Shown piece after piece: positions 1 through 12,000 of a stretch of DNA of 64,000 nt; position 1 is the stretch's first letter; each line of letters opens with the position of its first letter. Source of the stretch: Negaprion brevirostris (Eukaryota); assembly GCA_030324005.1 (NCBI GenBank), contig JARDVH010000031.1, positions 38,411,680-38,475,679 of the forward strand. Direction: 5' to 3'. The notes below the pieces were generated by a model. It saw only the letters and a list, made by a program, of their open reading frames with translations, did no database searches and was not told where the DNA came from. The translations under genes and the position numbers were made by a program.

Positions 1-74
1 CGCAGGTGTTTACACCTGCCAAGTCAGCAACGACGTTGATACAGTTGCCTGCTCCGCAGAATTGTTTGTGAAAG
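1..74 (+). CDS. ttn: Titin Ig exon, 3' part (position 6 of a six-Ig repeat)
   Basis: AGVYTCQVSNDVDTVACSAELFVK then donor gtgtgc; near-identical to 7466-7539. Confidence 0.93.
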
Positions 75-3000
75 GTGTGCATTTTTTATTGAAATTCTGT
101 TTTGTACTATACTGCTTTCTCTTTTTAGCTCTTTTAATAGCTTAGAACTATCGATTTGTTTTCTTGATATTAGATCAGCTCTCATGGTAGGTCTTTACAC
201 TGCCAACCATGGAGAGGGAGAAGTGACAATTACCCAGCATCAGTAAATTTGGGCTGATACTCAGACTTGATATTCCTCATTTGGAATCTCTGCATTAATG
301 GTTTGATGAAGCATCATATAATTTGTTCTGAGTTTAAGGAAGAACAGACAAAACAAAAGTCATACATCAAATTGATTTGCATCTTAAAATGACAGCGATG
401 GACAAGTTTGAGAAGGTTTAAAGTCTAGAATGCCCCACCCTCCCAAAATGAAGAATAAGCATTATGGTGGAGGCACTAATGAGAAGAACTGATAGAATAA
501 AGGAAATTTGTACACAGTTGTAAAGGAGAATTAAAGTATAATAATTTATTTATAAATTGTAAATATGCATTTTAAATGTATTCTCACTAATTACTTATAC
601 CTAAATGTTAGTTGGAGTTGCTTTTGATTATTCTTTAAATTTAATCTGATATTTATTTGGCTTCCAGAACCTCCTAGCTTCATCAAAAAACTAAACACTT
701 CAGCCATATTAAAGAAAGGAGTCACAGCACATTTTGAGTGCATTATAACTGGCACACCTGAAATCAAAGTCACTTGGTACAAACATGGCCAGGAAATTAT
801 AGCCAGTAAGAAATGTATGATGTCATTTGATGGTTCTGTGGCAGTTCTTGAAATTGTTGACGTTATAGTGGATGACAGTACATGCTACATATGTGAAGCA
901 AGAAATGAAGCTGGTAGTATCAGCTGCAGCTCTGAGGTTGAAGTTAAAGGTCTGTACTAATGCTTCCTTGATTCGGTAACAAAATATATACTGCGGTTTC
1001 TTGAGCAAGGTTTCTATTAGTTTCTGCACTTCAGTTGATCTGGATTTCTTCATTGTGATTACTTTATAGAACCTCCCAGTTTTAGAAGGAAACTTCAGAA
1101 CGCTGAGATAGTTAAAACCAGTGATATCACCCTTGATTGTGAGGTGGCTGGAACAGGTCCTTTTGAAGTTCTGTGGTATAAGGACAATAAACAAATTCGT
1201 CGCAGCAAAAAATACAAAATGATCTCTGACAATTGTTTAGCCAGTCTCTGCATTCTAACATCCGATACCTCTGATATAGGCGAATACACGTGTACAGTAA
1301 AAAATGATGTGGGGAGTTGTTCCTGCAGTTCCATAATCAGCTTGAAAGGTTAGTCGTAGCATGTTGTCAGAAAATAATTTTTTTTCACTGTTAGTAGTGC
1401 TATTTTAGTTGTCTTGTTCTCCATTGGAAAAGTAATCGCTAAGATCTTTGTAGAAGTATTCTACCTTTATATGTTGAAGCATTGTTAGAAAAAAAAATGA
1501 AAGACTGAAATATATTCACATTGCCATTTGCTTTGAACCAGAACCCCCAGGATTTATAAAGACGATTGAAAATGTCACAACATTGTCAGGGAATTCTATT
1601 GCGTTCCAGTGTCTAGTAAGAGGCTCAACACCTATTCATGTAACTTGGAAGAAAGACAATGTTGGTGTCAAAGAAGATGGCAATATTAAGCTGTCTTTTG
1701 AAAATAGTCTTGCTGCTCTTCAGATAAATACTGTTGGAGAAAACCATGCTGGGAATTATACATGTCATATTAAAAATGATGCAGGAACTGAGAGGTGTTT
1801 TGCCACCTTGTTAGTAGCAGGTCAGTGCCATGTTAGTTGTATGGTACCTTCCATTTCAAACTTTTTACCAATTGCAAATAAATTCAGATTCCTTGTCATG
1901 CATCATAGAGCTCATAGCAGTGATATATTGAAGAGATCTTTTTCTCCTTCATAGAACCAGCCAAAATCACAGAACAAGCGCAGTCAATCAGTGTGACTGC
2001 AGGGAATCCAGCAAGCTTGGAATGTGCTGTGGCTGGTACACCAGAACTAAAAGTTAAATGCTTTAAGGATGGTAATGAAATGGCACCGAGCAAAAAACAC
2101 AAATTCAGCTTCGAGAATAACGTGGTCAGCTTAAAATTTCCTTCCGTTTCTGATGATGATACTGCTGAATATACTTTTGAGGTCAAGAATGAGTTTGGCA
2201 CCAGCACCTGTAAAGCTTCATTGTCTGTATTAGGTTTGTGTTTGATTTACATTTAAAATTTGATTAATTTAAATATCCAGCACAATTTAAAAGCTTTGCT
2301 GTCAAATAAGTTGACCATAATCATATATAATGGATTCCATAGCATATTTTTTCTTATTGAGACCCAGTAACGATGAGAATATCCAAATCAACTAATTTTA
2401 AAAACGTCTTGTTTTCAATGGACTTTGAAGTATATGTCCTTGTAAAGCTGAAAATTAAACTGTTGAAATCATCCCTACTTTTTAAAAACAATCACGGTTG
2501 ATTTGATTGGTGTAAAGCTTTCGGAAATATTTATTCTAAGTTGACTGCTGTGCTTTTGTTACCTTGTCTTGAACAGATCAAATTATTCCCCCATTGTTTA
2601 CAAGAAAATTACGGGATTTGGATGCTGTTTTAGGATCTTTCGTTATTATGGAATGCAAACTTGCTGGATCTCTTCCAATGAGCTTTACATGGTATAAGGA
2701 TTTCAAAGTAATAACATCTGGTGAAAAATACCAAGTATTGTGTCAAGATAGCGCAACAACACTGCAAGTTAATGATCTAGAGTTTTCTGATCACGGCACT
2801 TACATTTGCAAAGCGACAAATTCAGTGGGGAGCGATGAATGTAGTGGAGTCTTAAACATAACAGGTTTGAAAGATGAACGTGCTTTACAATTCCTATTCT
2901 AGCTTTTGTATTTACCTTCATTTGTTCAGTTTCTGATTTTTCCTCAGTGCCCTGAAAATGTAAACTAAGTTCTAAAGGGATTCCATTTTTCTTTCCACCT

Positions 3001-6000
3001 GAATTTTAGAACCACCAAGCTTTACAGAAAAGCCTGTAGCCCAGCAAACTCTACCTGGTTCCACAGTGCAGTTTAGAAGTGTTGTAAAAGGAACTGCTCC
3101 ACTTTCTATAAAGTGGCTGAAAGATGGCAGGGAGCTGATGTCTGGAGCTGACTGTTTCATTTTAAATGAAGGTTCAACAAGTTTACTCGAGTTGCTTTCA
3201 GCTAAAGCGTCTGATTTGGGTGACTATACTTGTGAAGTCAGCAACAAAGTTGGCAGTGCCACTTGTACAGCAAGTCTGTTTGTCAAAGGTGTGTATTTTA
3301 GGTTCATTTGTTAAACCATTGTGGAACACTTTTCACCCGGTTTGAAAACTTTGCATGTCTGCAGTTATTTTTTTTTGGTTTGTTATGTGCCTTTCTCTTG
3401 TTTGTTACTTTCAATGTTACTATTGTTTGTGTGTTGTTTTTCTTTATTTCTAAATGTTCAAAGGCGTTGATTTTATGTTGTCCCTACTTGTTGCTGCATT
3501 TTTACTGTTGTAATGAAGTTTACCATGTTCTCTTCTCTAGAACCTCCATATTTCATTAAGAAGTTAGATTCTGCAGCAATATTTAAAAGAGGAGAGACAG
3601 CAAGTTTTGAGTGCAAAGTTACTGGCACGCCTGAAATCAAAGTCTCTTGGTTCAGGAACCACCGTGAGATTAGTGCCAATGAAAAATACAAAATGTCATT
3701 TATTGATTGTGTGGCAGTCTTTGAGATTGTCAATGTAAACCTGGATGACAGTGGGAATTATTCTTGTAAAGCACAAAATGAAGCTGGCAGTGAATCTTGC
3801 GAGATTAAAGTTGCAGTGAAAGGTTTGTAAAAAATTCTGGTTACATTTCTGTCAGAAGTAAATTAGTCTTTCTGAAAATGTTGCAAGTTCCTTTTGTGTG
3901 CATTTGGAATAGTTGCGAATCTTGAATTTTTAGCAGCCTAGTTTTATTGCTTCATTTCAATGGTGGAATAGAAATTAATTCTGTGCGGGAATCTAGCAAA
4001 TGTAAACTATGGCAGCGTTTCTTCGCTGAGGGCCCAGGGAGACTTTTGCCAGAATTCACCTACCACGGATTCGGAGCGGGTGAGAGGTGGATAACAGAAA
4101 TGTCCGTTGACCTCAGGGGGAATTTCCAGTCTCACTCGAGTGAGGTCATAAAATTGTTCCCCTTTTGGATCTGATTTGATTGTGGCCATTTGATTGTTTG
4201 GAGCAGTAAGCAACAACTGGCTTCCTGTGACAAGGCATTAGGTGGGGGAAGATAGATACTGTGGAGCGATGGTTGTGAGGTGTGTTACATCTGGCTTCTG
4301 ACACTGGGAAATGCCAGATAGCATCGGCAAGATAAACCTAGGAGGAAGACTCTGTGATATTCTCAGACTCCCTGAGAGATTCTCTGCTGAAGGGCAAATC
4401 CAAGGGCAAAGACTACAGACTTTCTTTCTGAGGCCACAAGATGTTTCTATTATGGAATCGGTTTTGGTTTATCTCGAAAATGCTGCTATTTTCCTGACAA
4501 CTTAACCTGGAGAATGGCCATTGGAGGCATTCCACATCATCCTCAAAAGAAAAATAAAATTCCCATTTGGGTCCCATGCATATAATTGAACTCCAATTTG
4601 TGTTTATCGGTCAGACTTCAGCTACAGTCCAATACACATTTTTCTCCACCCAAGGGATTGGTGTTAAAAATGGGGAACTGGCAAGAGTGAACCTGGAAAT
4701 GAAGATGTTCGATTTTAACTGCTCCCTTCTTTCCTGTTGTTGGGGCACAGGGAAAACTCTCTGTAATCGCATCTGGGAAAATTTGTAAACATTGAAGATT
4801 AATAACATCATTGAAGATCGTCCAATTGGATAAAACAACTAGCATAAAAGTGTATTTGAATAATTCAATGATAGCTGAAAGAGAAACTAGCCGGATGTTG
4901 GTTTGTCTCGCGCAGTAGCCATTGCTCTTTAAAAATGAATCTCAATTCTTTATGTCATTTATAATTTTTGGAAGTCAACTTGCTAAACCTGAAATATATA
5001 AATCATGTTATCATCTTTACTCTTTAGAACCTCCCACACTTATGAAGAAGCTTGAACCACTTGAGGTAGTAAAATCCACTGATTTCACTCTTGAATGTGA
5101 GGTGGCCGGTTCAAGTCCCTTTGAAGTTGTGTGGTATAAAGACAATAAACAAATTCGACACAGTAAAAAATACAAAATGATCACTGATATTTCTTTAGTC
5201 AGTCTTTGCATTCTAATGTCTGACAGCTCAGATGTTGGTGAATACAAGTGTACGGTAAAAAATGATGTTGGGAGTTGCTCCTGCAGTTCCACAGTCAGTT
5301 TGAAAGGTTAGTGGCAATACAGTTCCCCTCAGTAATTTTAACTGGATATTTGTTATTATGTTCTTAAGAAGTATTATTGAATACCTTGAAAGAATTTTTA
5401 ATCATTGGCTGTGTAATTATAAAATGTAACAGGTTATATTCTCTTTACTTTGAACCAGAGAGACCAACCTTCGTACAAACAATAGAAAATGCAACAGTAT
5501 TTTCTGGAAATCCTGCTGTATTTCAATGTCTTGTCAAGGGCTCAGTTCCAATAACTACAAGCTGGAAAAAAGATGGCAAACATGTCACGGAAGATGATAA
5601 TGTAAAAATGTCCTTTGAAAACAATGTTGCCATGTTGCAGATTATTAAGGTTGAAGAAAAAGATGGTGGATATTATATATGCCAGGCAAAGAATGACGCA
5701 GGAACTGCAAAATGCTTTGCTACATTGGCAGTATTGGGTTAGTAGCAAGTCATAAGTACAAATCATTATCCAAAAGTTCTCAATTTATAATACATACCCC
5801 TCCAAGCAAAGTTATTTTAATATCAAAATTAAAAATGACAATGAGAACATTTTCCATGCTGAGAATCCATCTTCAGGAACAATAGTTTCCCTTGATTACT
5901 GCCAAAGGTATGACTCTGGCAAATACTTGGAAGAGTACTTCCGCTCCATCCCAGTGGCTTAATTGAATTTTCCTCATCATCTGTTTTATGAGCTCTGTCA

Positions 6001-9000
6001 GCGAGATTGTTAATATAATGCCAGAATGGGGCAATAGCTCTCCATTGAACACAAACCTATTAGGAGTTGATTTGAAGCCGCCCAAATTCATTTCACATGG
6101 ATCACCTACAGTCCTCATGCAGACTGACACCTCTATTGTAGCAGCCTTTACTGGATTTAAACCCAACCCATGAGTTATCAAATCAATTCTACATGTTGCT
6201 GTGCTCATGTTAATTTCTTAATGTAGAAGTCCTAACACAATTATTGCATAGTTCTCCTGATGGAAATGATGTAATTTCTCCAACAGAATCTGCGAATATC
6301 ATAGAAAAGACTGAGTCATTTACAGTGTCTTCAGGAGACCCAGCCATTTTGGAATGTACTGTAGCTGGCACACCAGAGTTAAGTGTTGCATGGTTCAAAA
6401 ATGGAAAGCAACTGGAATCAAATAGAAAATATAAAATGAGTTTTGTGAATAAGGTGGCCAGTCTAAAAATTCTGTCTGCTGAAATGGATGACAGTGCTGA
6501 CTATACTTTTAAAGTTCAGAATGAGTTTGGAGCCAAAAGTTGTGATATTTCTTTGACAGTATTAGGTCAGTGATTAATTTGTATTGAAAACTTTGATTTC
6601 ATGAAGCAATTATTTTGAAAACCAAATCTTATCACAAAGTTTAAAATAATGGACACGTTTTAATTGATCTTTGTGATTTTTCCCTCCCCTGTATTGGACA
6701 GAACAAATAATTGCTCCATTGTTTACAAGGAAGTTAAAGGAAATGAGCAATACTTTAGGATCTTTTGTACGAATGGAATGCAAAGTTTCTGGTTCTATGC
6801 CCATGGAAGTTACTTGGTATAAAGAGGGCCGCGAAATATCAGCTAGTGACAAATACAAGATGTTATTTCAAGACAATATGCTGTCTTTAGAAGTCAATGA
6901 GTTAGACATTTCAGATGGTGGAATTTATACTTGCAACGTGGCAAATTCAGCAGGAAAGGATGAATGCAGTGCTGTCTTAAGTGTAAAAGGTTTGAAAAAT
7001 TGCTTTGTCACATTTCCTTCCTATTGATAGTCCAAGAAATTTTTATTTCCTTATCAAAGCTTTTTTTTTAAAGAAAATCAGTGCAATAGTGTTGTAACTG
7101 AATAAACCTTTCAAACATTCCTTTCCTCATTATTTTAAGTTTGTAAATTTTTGAATATGTTAGCATGTAGTATTCATAAGATTATCTTCAATCTGAGCAT
7201 TTCTTTCAGTTCCCACATACATGAGTTAATTAAATGTGTTCTTTCTTGTGTGAATTTTAGAGCCCCCAAGCTTTACAGAAAAAATAACATCGCGAGATGT
7301 TGTACTTGGTTCTACAGTACAGTTTAGAACTGTTGTGAAAGGAAGCACACCATTATCTACAAAATGGCTTAAAGGGGACAGGGAACTGATGCATGGTGTG
7401 GCATATTCTATTTGGAATGAAGGCTCAATATATTTGTTGGAGTTGGTTTCAGCTAAAATATCTGACGCAGGTGTTTACACCTGCCAAGTCAGCAACGATG
7501 CTGGTACAGTTGCCTGCTCCGCAGAATTGTTTGTGAAAGGTGTGCATTTCAGTATTTATTATTGTGATTATCTTTTACTCTATACTGCTTTCCCAGCTTA
7601 GCTACTTTAAAAGTCTAGCACCATCAACTTGTCTTCTTGATGGTTAGTCAGCTTTAGTTGTACAACTTTACACCGCTAACCAGAGAGAGGGCTGTCTCAT
7701 TTATCGGTAAATTGGGGCTGATACTTATTCCTTATTTGGAATCTCTACAGTTTTGACATTAACTGTTAGATGAAGCATCATGGGTGAAGGCTGACATTTA
7801 GGTAATTATGGAAAGTTCTTTCTTAAGGAAAATCTCAAATAAATAAGGTTTAAAGTCAAATTGAATTGTACCATGAAAGGACAGAAAAGGCAATTTTGAG
7901 AACTTCTGAAGCCTAGACTGCCCATCTCTCAAAATGAAGAACAAGTATGGTGGAGGCAGCAATGGGAAAAGCTGATCATAAATCTGGTTTCCTCCCACCG
8001 TCCAAAGAAATACAGATTAGATGGATTGGTCATGCTAAATTGCCCTTCAGTGTCCCAAGATGTGTAGGTTAGATGGATGATATACGTGTGGGATTGCAGG
8101 CTTCGGGCGGGGAACAGGGCCTATGCAAGATACTCTGTCAGAGAGTCGATGCAGACTTGATGGGCTGAATTTCCTCTTCTGCACTGTAGGGATTCTATGA
8201 TTCTATACATGAAAAAGGAATTTTTGTTTGTTTTACCCTACATAGAGCACTCACTGAGCACTGAATCTTAATTTTTTTTAAGTTGTTAGTTTGATCTGTA
8301 AATTTTTTGTAGCAAATTATCTATAGCTAAATGTTAGTTTGAATTGGTTTTGATTATTCTTTAAATTCATACTGACTTTTTAACGTTTTGGCTTCTAGAA
8401 CCTCCTAGCTTCGTTAAAAAGCTAAACACTTCAACAATATTAAAGAAAGGAATCACAGCACGTTTTGAGTGCATTATAACTGGCACACCTAAAATCAAAG
8501 TTATTTGGTACAAAAATGGCCAGGAAATTATAGCCAGTGACAAATATATGATGTCATTTGATGGTTCTGTGGCAGTTCTTGAAATTATTGATATTATGCT
8601 GGATGACAGTTCATGCTACATATGTGAAGCAAGAAATGAGGCTGGTAGTGACAGCTGCAGCACTGGGGTTGAAGTTAAAGGTCTGTAATAATGTCTTTCT
8701 TAATTCAGCAACAAAATATATACTGTGGTTTCTTGGACAAGGCTTCGATCAGTTTCTGCATTTCAGTTAATCTGTATTTCTTTACTGTGATTACTTTATA
8801 GAACCTCCCAGTATTAGAAGGGAACTTCAATCCACTGAGTTACTAAGAGGTAGTAGTGCCACTCTTGAATGTGAAATAGCTGGAACAGGTCCCTGTAATG
8901 TTATGTGGTCTAAGGATAATAAGCAGATTCGATTAGGTGAAAAATACAAAATGGTCACTGAGAACTTTTTAATTCGTCTTCATATTTTGAAGATTGGTGC

Positions 9001-12000
9001 TTCCACTGCTGGTGACTATAAATGCACAGTAACAAATGATGTGGGAAGCTGCTCCTGCAGTTGTAGTGTCAGCTTGAAAGGTTAGTTATTTTGAGTCTGG
9101 AAAATAATTTTGCTCATAATGTTGATATTTTTACAGAACAGTTCCAAAAAAATGTTCTATTACATATTTCTATTTTATTATCATGCTTGAGGACAGAGGA
9201 AATAATTCATATTTATTTGTCTGCCTGTTTATCTGAACCAGAACCTCCCTCATTTATAAGGAAGATTGAAAGTGTTACAATAGTTGCTGGAAATCCTGCT
9301 GCATTTCAATGTTTTGTAAAAGGGTCACAGCCTTTATCCATAAGTTGGATGAAAGATAATGATGATATCAAAGAAGATGATAACCTAGCAATTTGTTTTG
9401 AGAACAGTACAGCTATTCTGAAAATTACTGCTGGTGAAACGAAACATGGTGGGAAATATATCTGTCAGGCTAAAAATGATGCAGGAATTGAGAAATGCTT
9501 TGCTACATTGACAGTCACAGGTTGGTAGAGAACACTTGTGAATCTTGTTGCCCAACTTGTGAAAGTCAGTTGCTGCTAAGTTCAAACTACTCGTGAAAAA
9601 GCAGCACTCCTTTAAAAAGAATAAACAATGACTCAGCACAATATTTTTTTCTTAACAGAACCTGCAAAAATTGTTGAGCGAGCAAAGTCACACAGTGTAA
9701 CTGTGAGACATCCAGCAAATTTGGAATGTACTGTAGCTGGTACTCCAAACTTAAAAATTAAATGGTTTAAAGATGGAAAGCAGATTACACCCAGCAGAAA
9801 TTACAAAATGAGCTTTGAGAAAAACATAGCCAGTTTAAAGATTCTGTCGGTAGAGAAGTCAAGTAGTGGTGAATATACTTTTGAGGTGCAGAATGAATTT
9901 GGAGTCGACAGCTGCAAAGCTTCCTTGACAGTATTAGGTTAGTATTTTAAATTGTTGTGAAAAGGAATGCAGTTAAGGCATGAAATTAGACTTGGTATTT
10001 GAGACTACTTTTACATCTTAAGCTTACAGATTGTGCTCTATATTGTACAGATCAATTAATTGCTCCAACATTTACGAAAAAGTTAAAGGATACGGGCACT
10101 TCATTAGGGTCTTTCATGTCCATGGAGTGCAAAGTGTCTGGCTCTCTTCCATTGAACATTCATTGGTATAAAGATGGCAAGGAGATATCAGATAGTGACA
10201 AATATAAAATATCACGGCAAGATAACACTTCAGCTTTGGAGATACATCAACTAGAAATCACAGACGGTGGAAATTATACCTGCAAAGTATCAAATGTAGC
10301 AGGAAGTGATGAATGCAGTGCCACATTAGTTGTGAAAGGTTTGAACTACAATCTTTGTGTTATCAACTCCATTTCTTAAAATGATAAAAGTCAGTTGTAT
10401 CATACTCTTGAACTAATTGGTCTGAATTTATTAGCATTATGTGGTTCATAATGCAAAAGTTGATGAATCTTTATTTATGCTCTTTATCGCAACAAATATA
10501 TTTTTTCTTCAATGAATTTTAGAACCACCAAGATTTATAGTAAAACCAGTGTCACAGGAGGTCCCCCCCCATTCTGCAGTGCAGTTCAAGAGTGATGTGA
10601 AAGGAACACCTCCTCTGTATTTCAAATGGTTTAAGGATGACAAGGAGCTAAATTCTGATGCTACATGTCGCATTATGACAGAAGGTTCATCCAGTTTTCT
10701 GCAACTGTATTCAGTAAATCATTCCAATACAGGATACTATACTTGCCACGTCACCAATGATGCTGGCGTAAATACCTGTACAGCAAAACTATTTGTAACA
10801 GGTGTGCAATTTTTATGCAGTGTTGCAATGTGTTATCAGTATCTTGTTTATGTTTTACTTGTTGTTTTGTCTTTAACTTGCTGAGTATTCTCAGTAGAGA
10901 TCATCTTTCTTATCTGTTTATCATGTTAGCATCTTGTGTTCTTCATGACATTGAACATATGTTACAATCTTATACTCTTTATCAATGTTATATTTGCTTC
11001 TTATTTTCTTCATGATCTTAAGAATACATCATCTTGTACTCTTCGCTAAAGCGATTCTATTGAATGCTTTTTATTGTTCATAACACTGAAAATAAATCTT
11101 TGATTTATGTCTTTTTTAAATAATTTGAAACATTCTCTTATATAATTACCTTCAGTATCTTTCCTCTTTCTACATACTTCACAATTCCAATTATTCCAAA
11201 ACACTAACATTCTTGTAACTCTGGCACTAAATGCCCTCTATTTTGGTTTCCTAGAGCCCCCAACTTTCGTTCAGAAGCCAGAGCCATCCAAAGTGCTGAA
11301 GAAAGGTGAATCCGTACATTTTGAGTGCAAAGTTATTGGCACGCCCGAAATAAAGGTTTCATGGTTCAAGAATGACATTGAAATTAGTGCTGGTACCAAG
11401 TACAAAATGCGTTTCGACAATTCTGTAGCAGTTCTTGAAATCATTAACACTGATTTGGAAGATAGCGGGGATTACATATGTGAAGCTCAAAACGAAGCTG
11501 GCAGTGCAAGTTGCAATGTAGCTTTTACTGTCAAAGGTATGTAGATTTTTTCAAGTGTATTTCAAAGTTTGTTCTAAAGCAAGCATCTTTTCACTATGAA
11601 TGCATAAATGAGACAAATTACCATTTTCTTACAGAACCTCCTGCTTTCAGTAAACCAATAGGGACAGTTAATGTCAGAAAAGACTCTGATATCGTACTCC
11701 AGTGTGAAATCAGTGGTACATCTCCTTTTGACATATCCTGGTATAAAGACAAAAGGCAAATCCGAGCAAGTAATAAGTATAAGATGATGTATGAAAACCA
11801 TGTCGCAAGTATTCATATTCTTAAAGTGGAGGCTTCAGATATAGGAGAATATATGTGCATGGCCAAGAATGAAGTAGGAGGTGATACTTCCATTGGCACA
11901 GTCAATCTGAAAGGTTGGTAAATTTTCCAAATGCAAATTTTACCACTGTTGCAATTTTGGAAAAACAAATCAGACATAAAAAATATTTCTTTAATTCTTC

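Noticed and set aside
5873-6208. 111-aa minus-strand ORF in the B3-B4 intron
   Set aside because: No recognisable domain or splice structure; length compatible with chance
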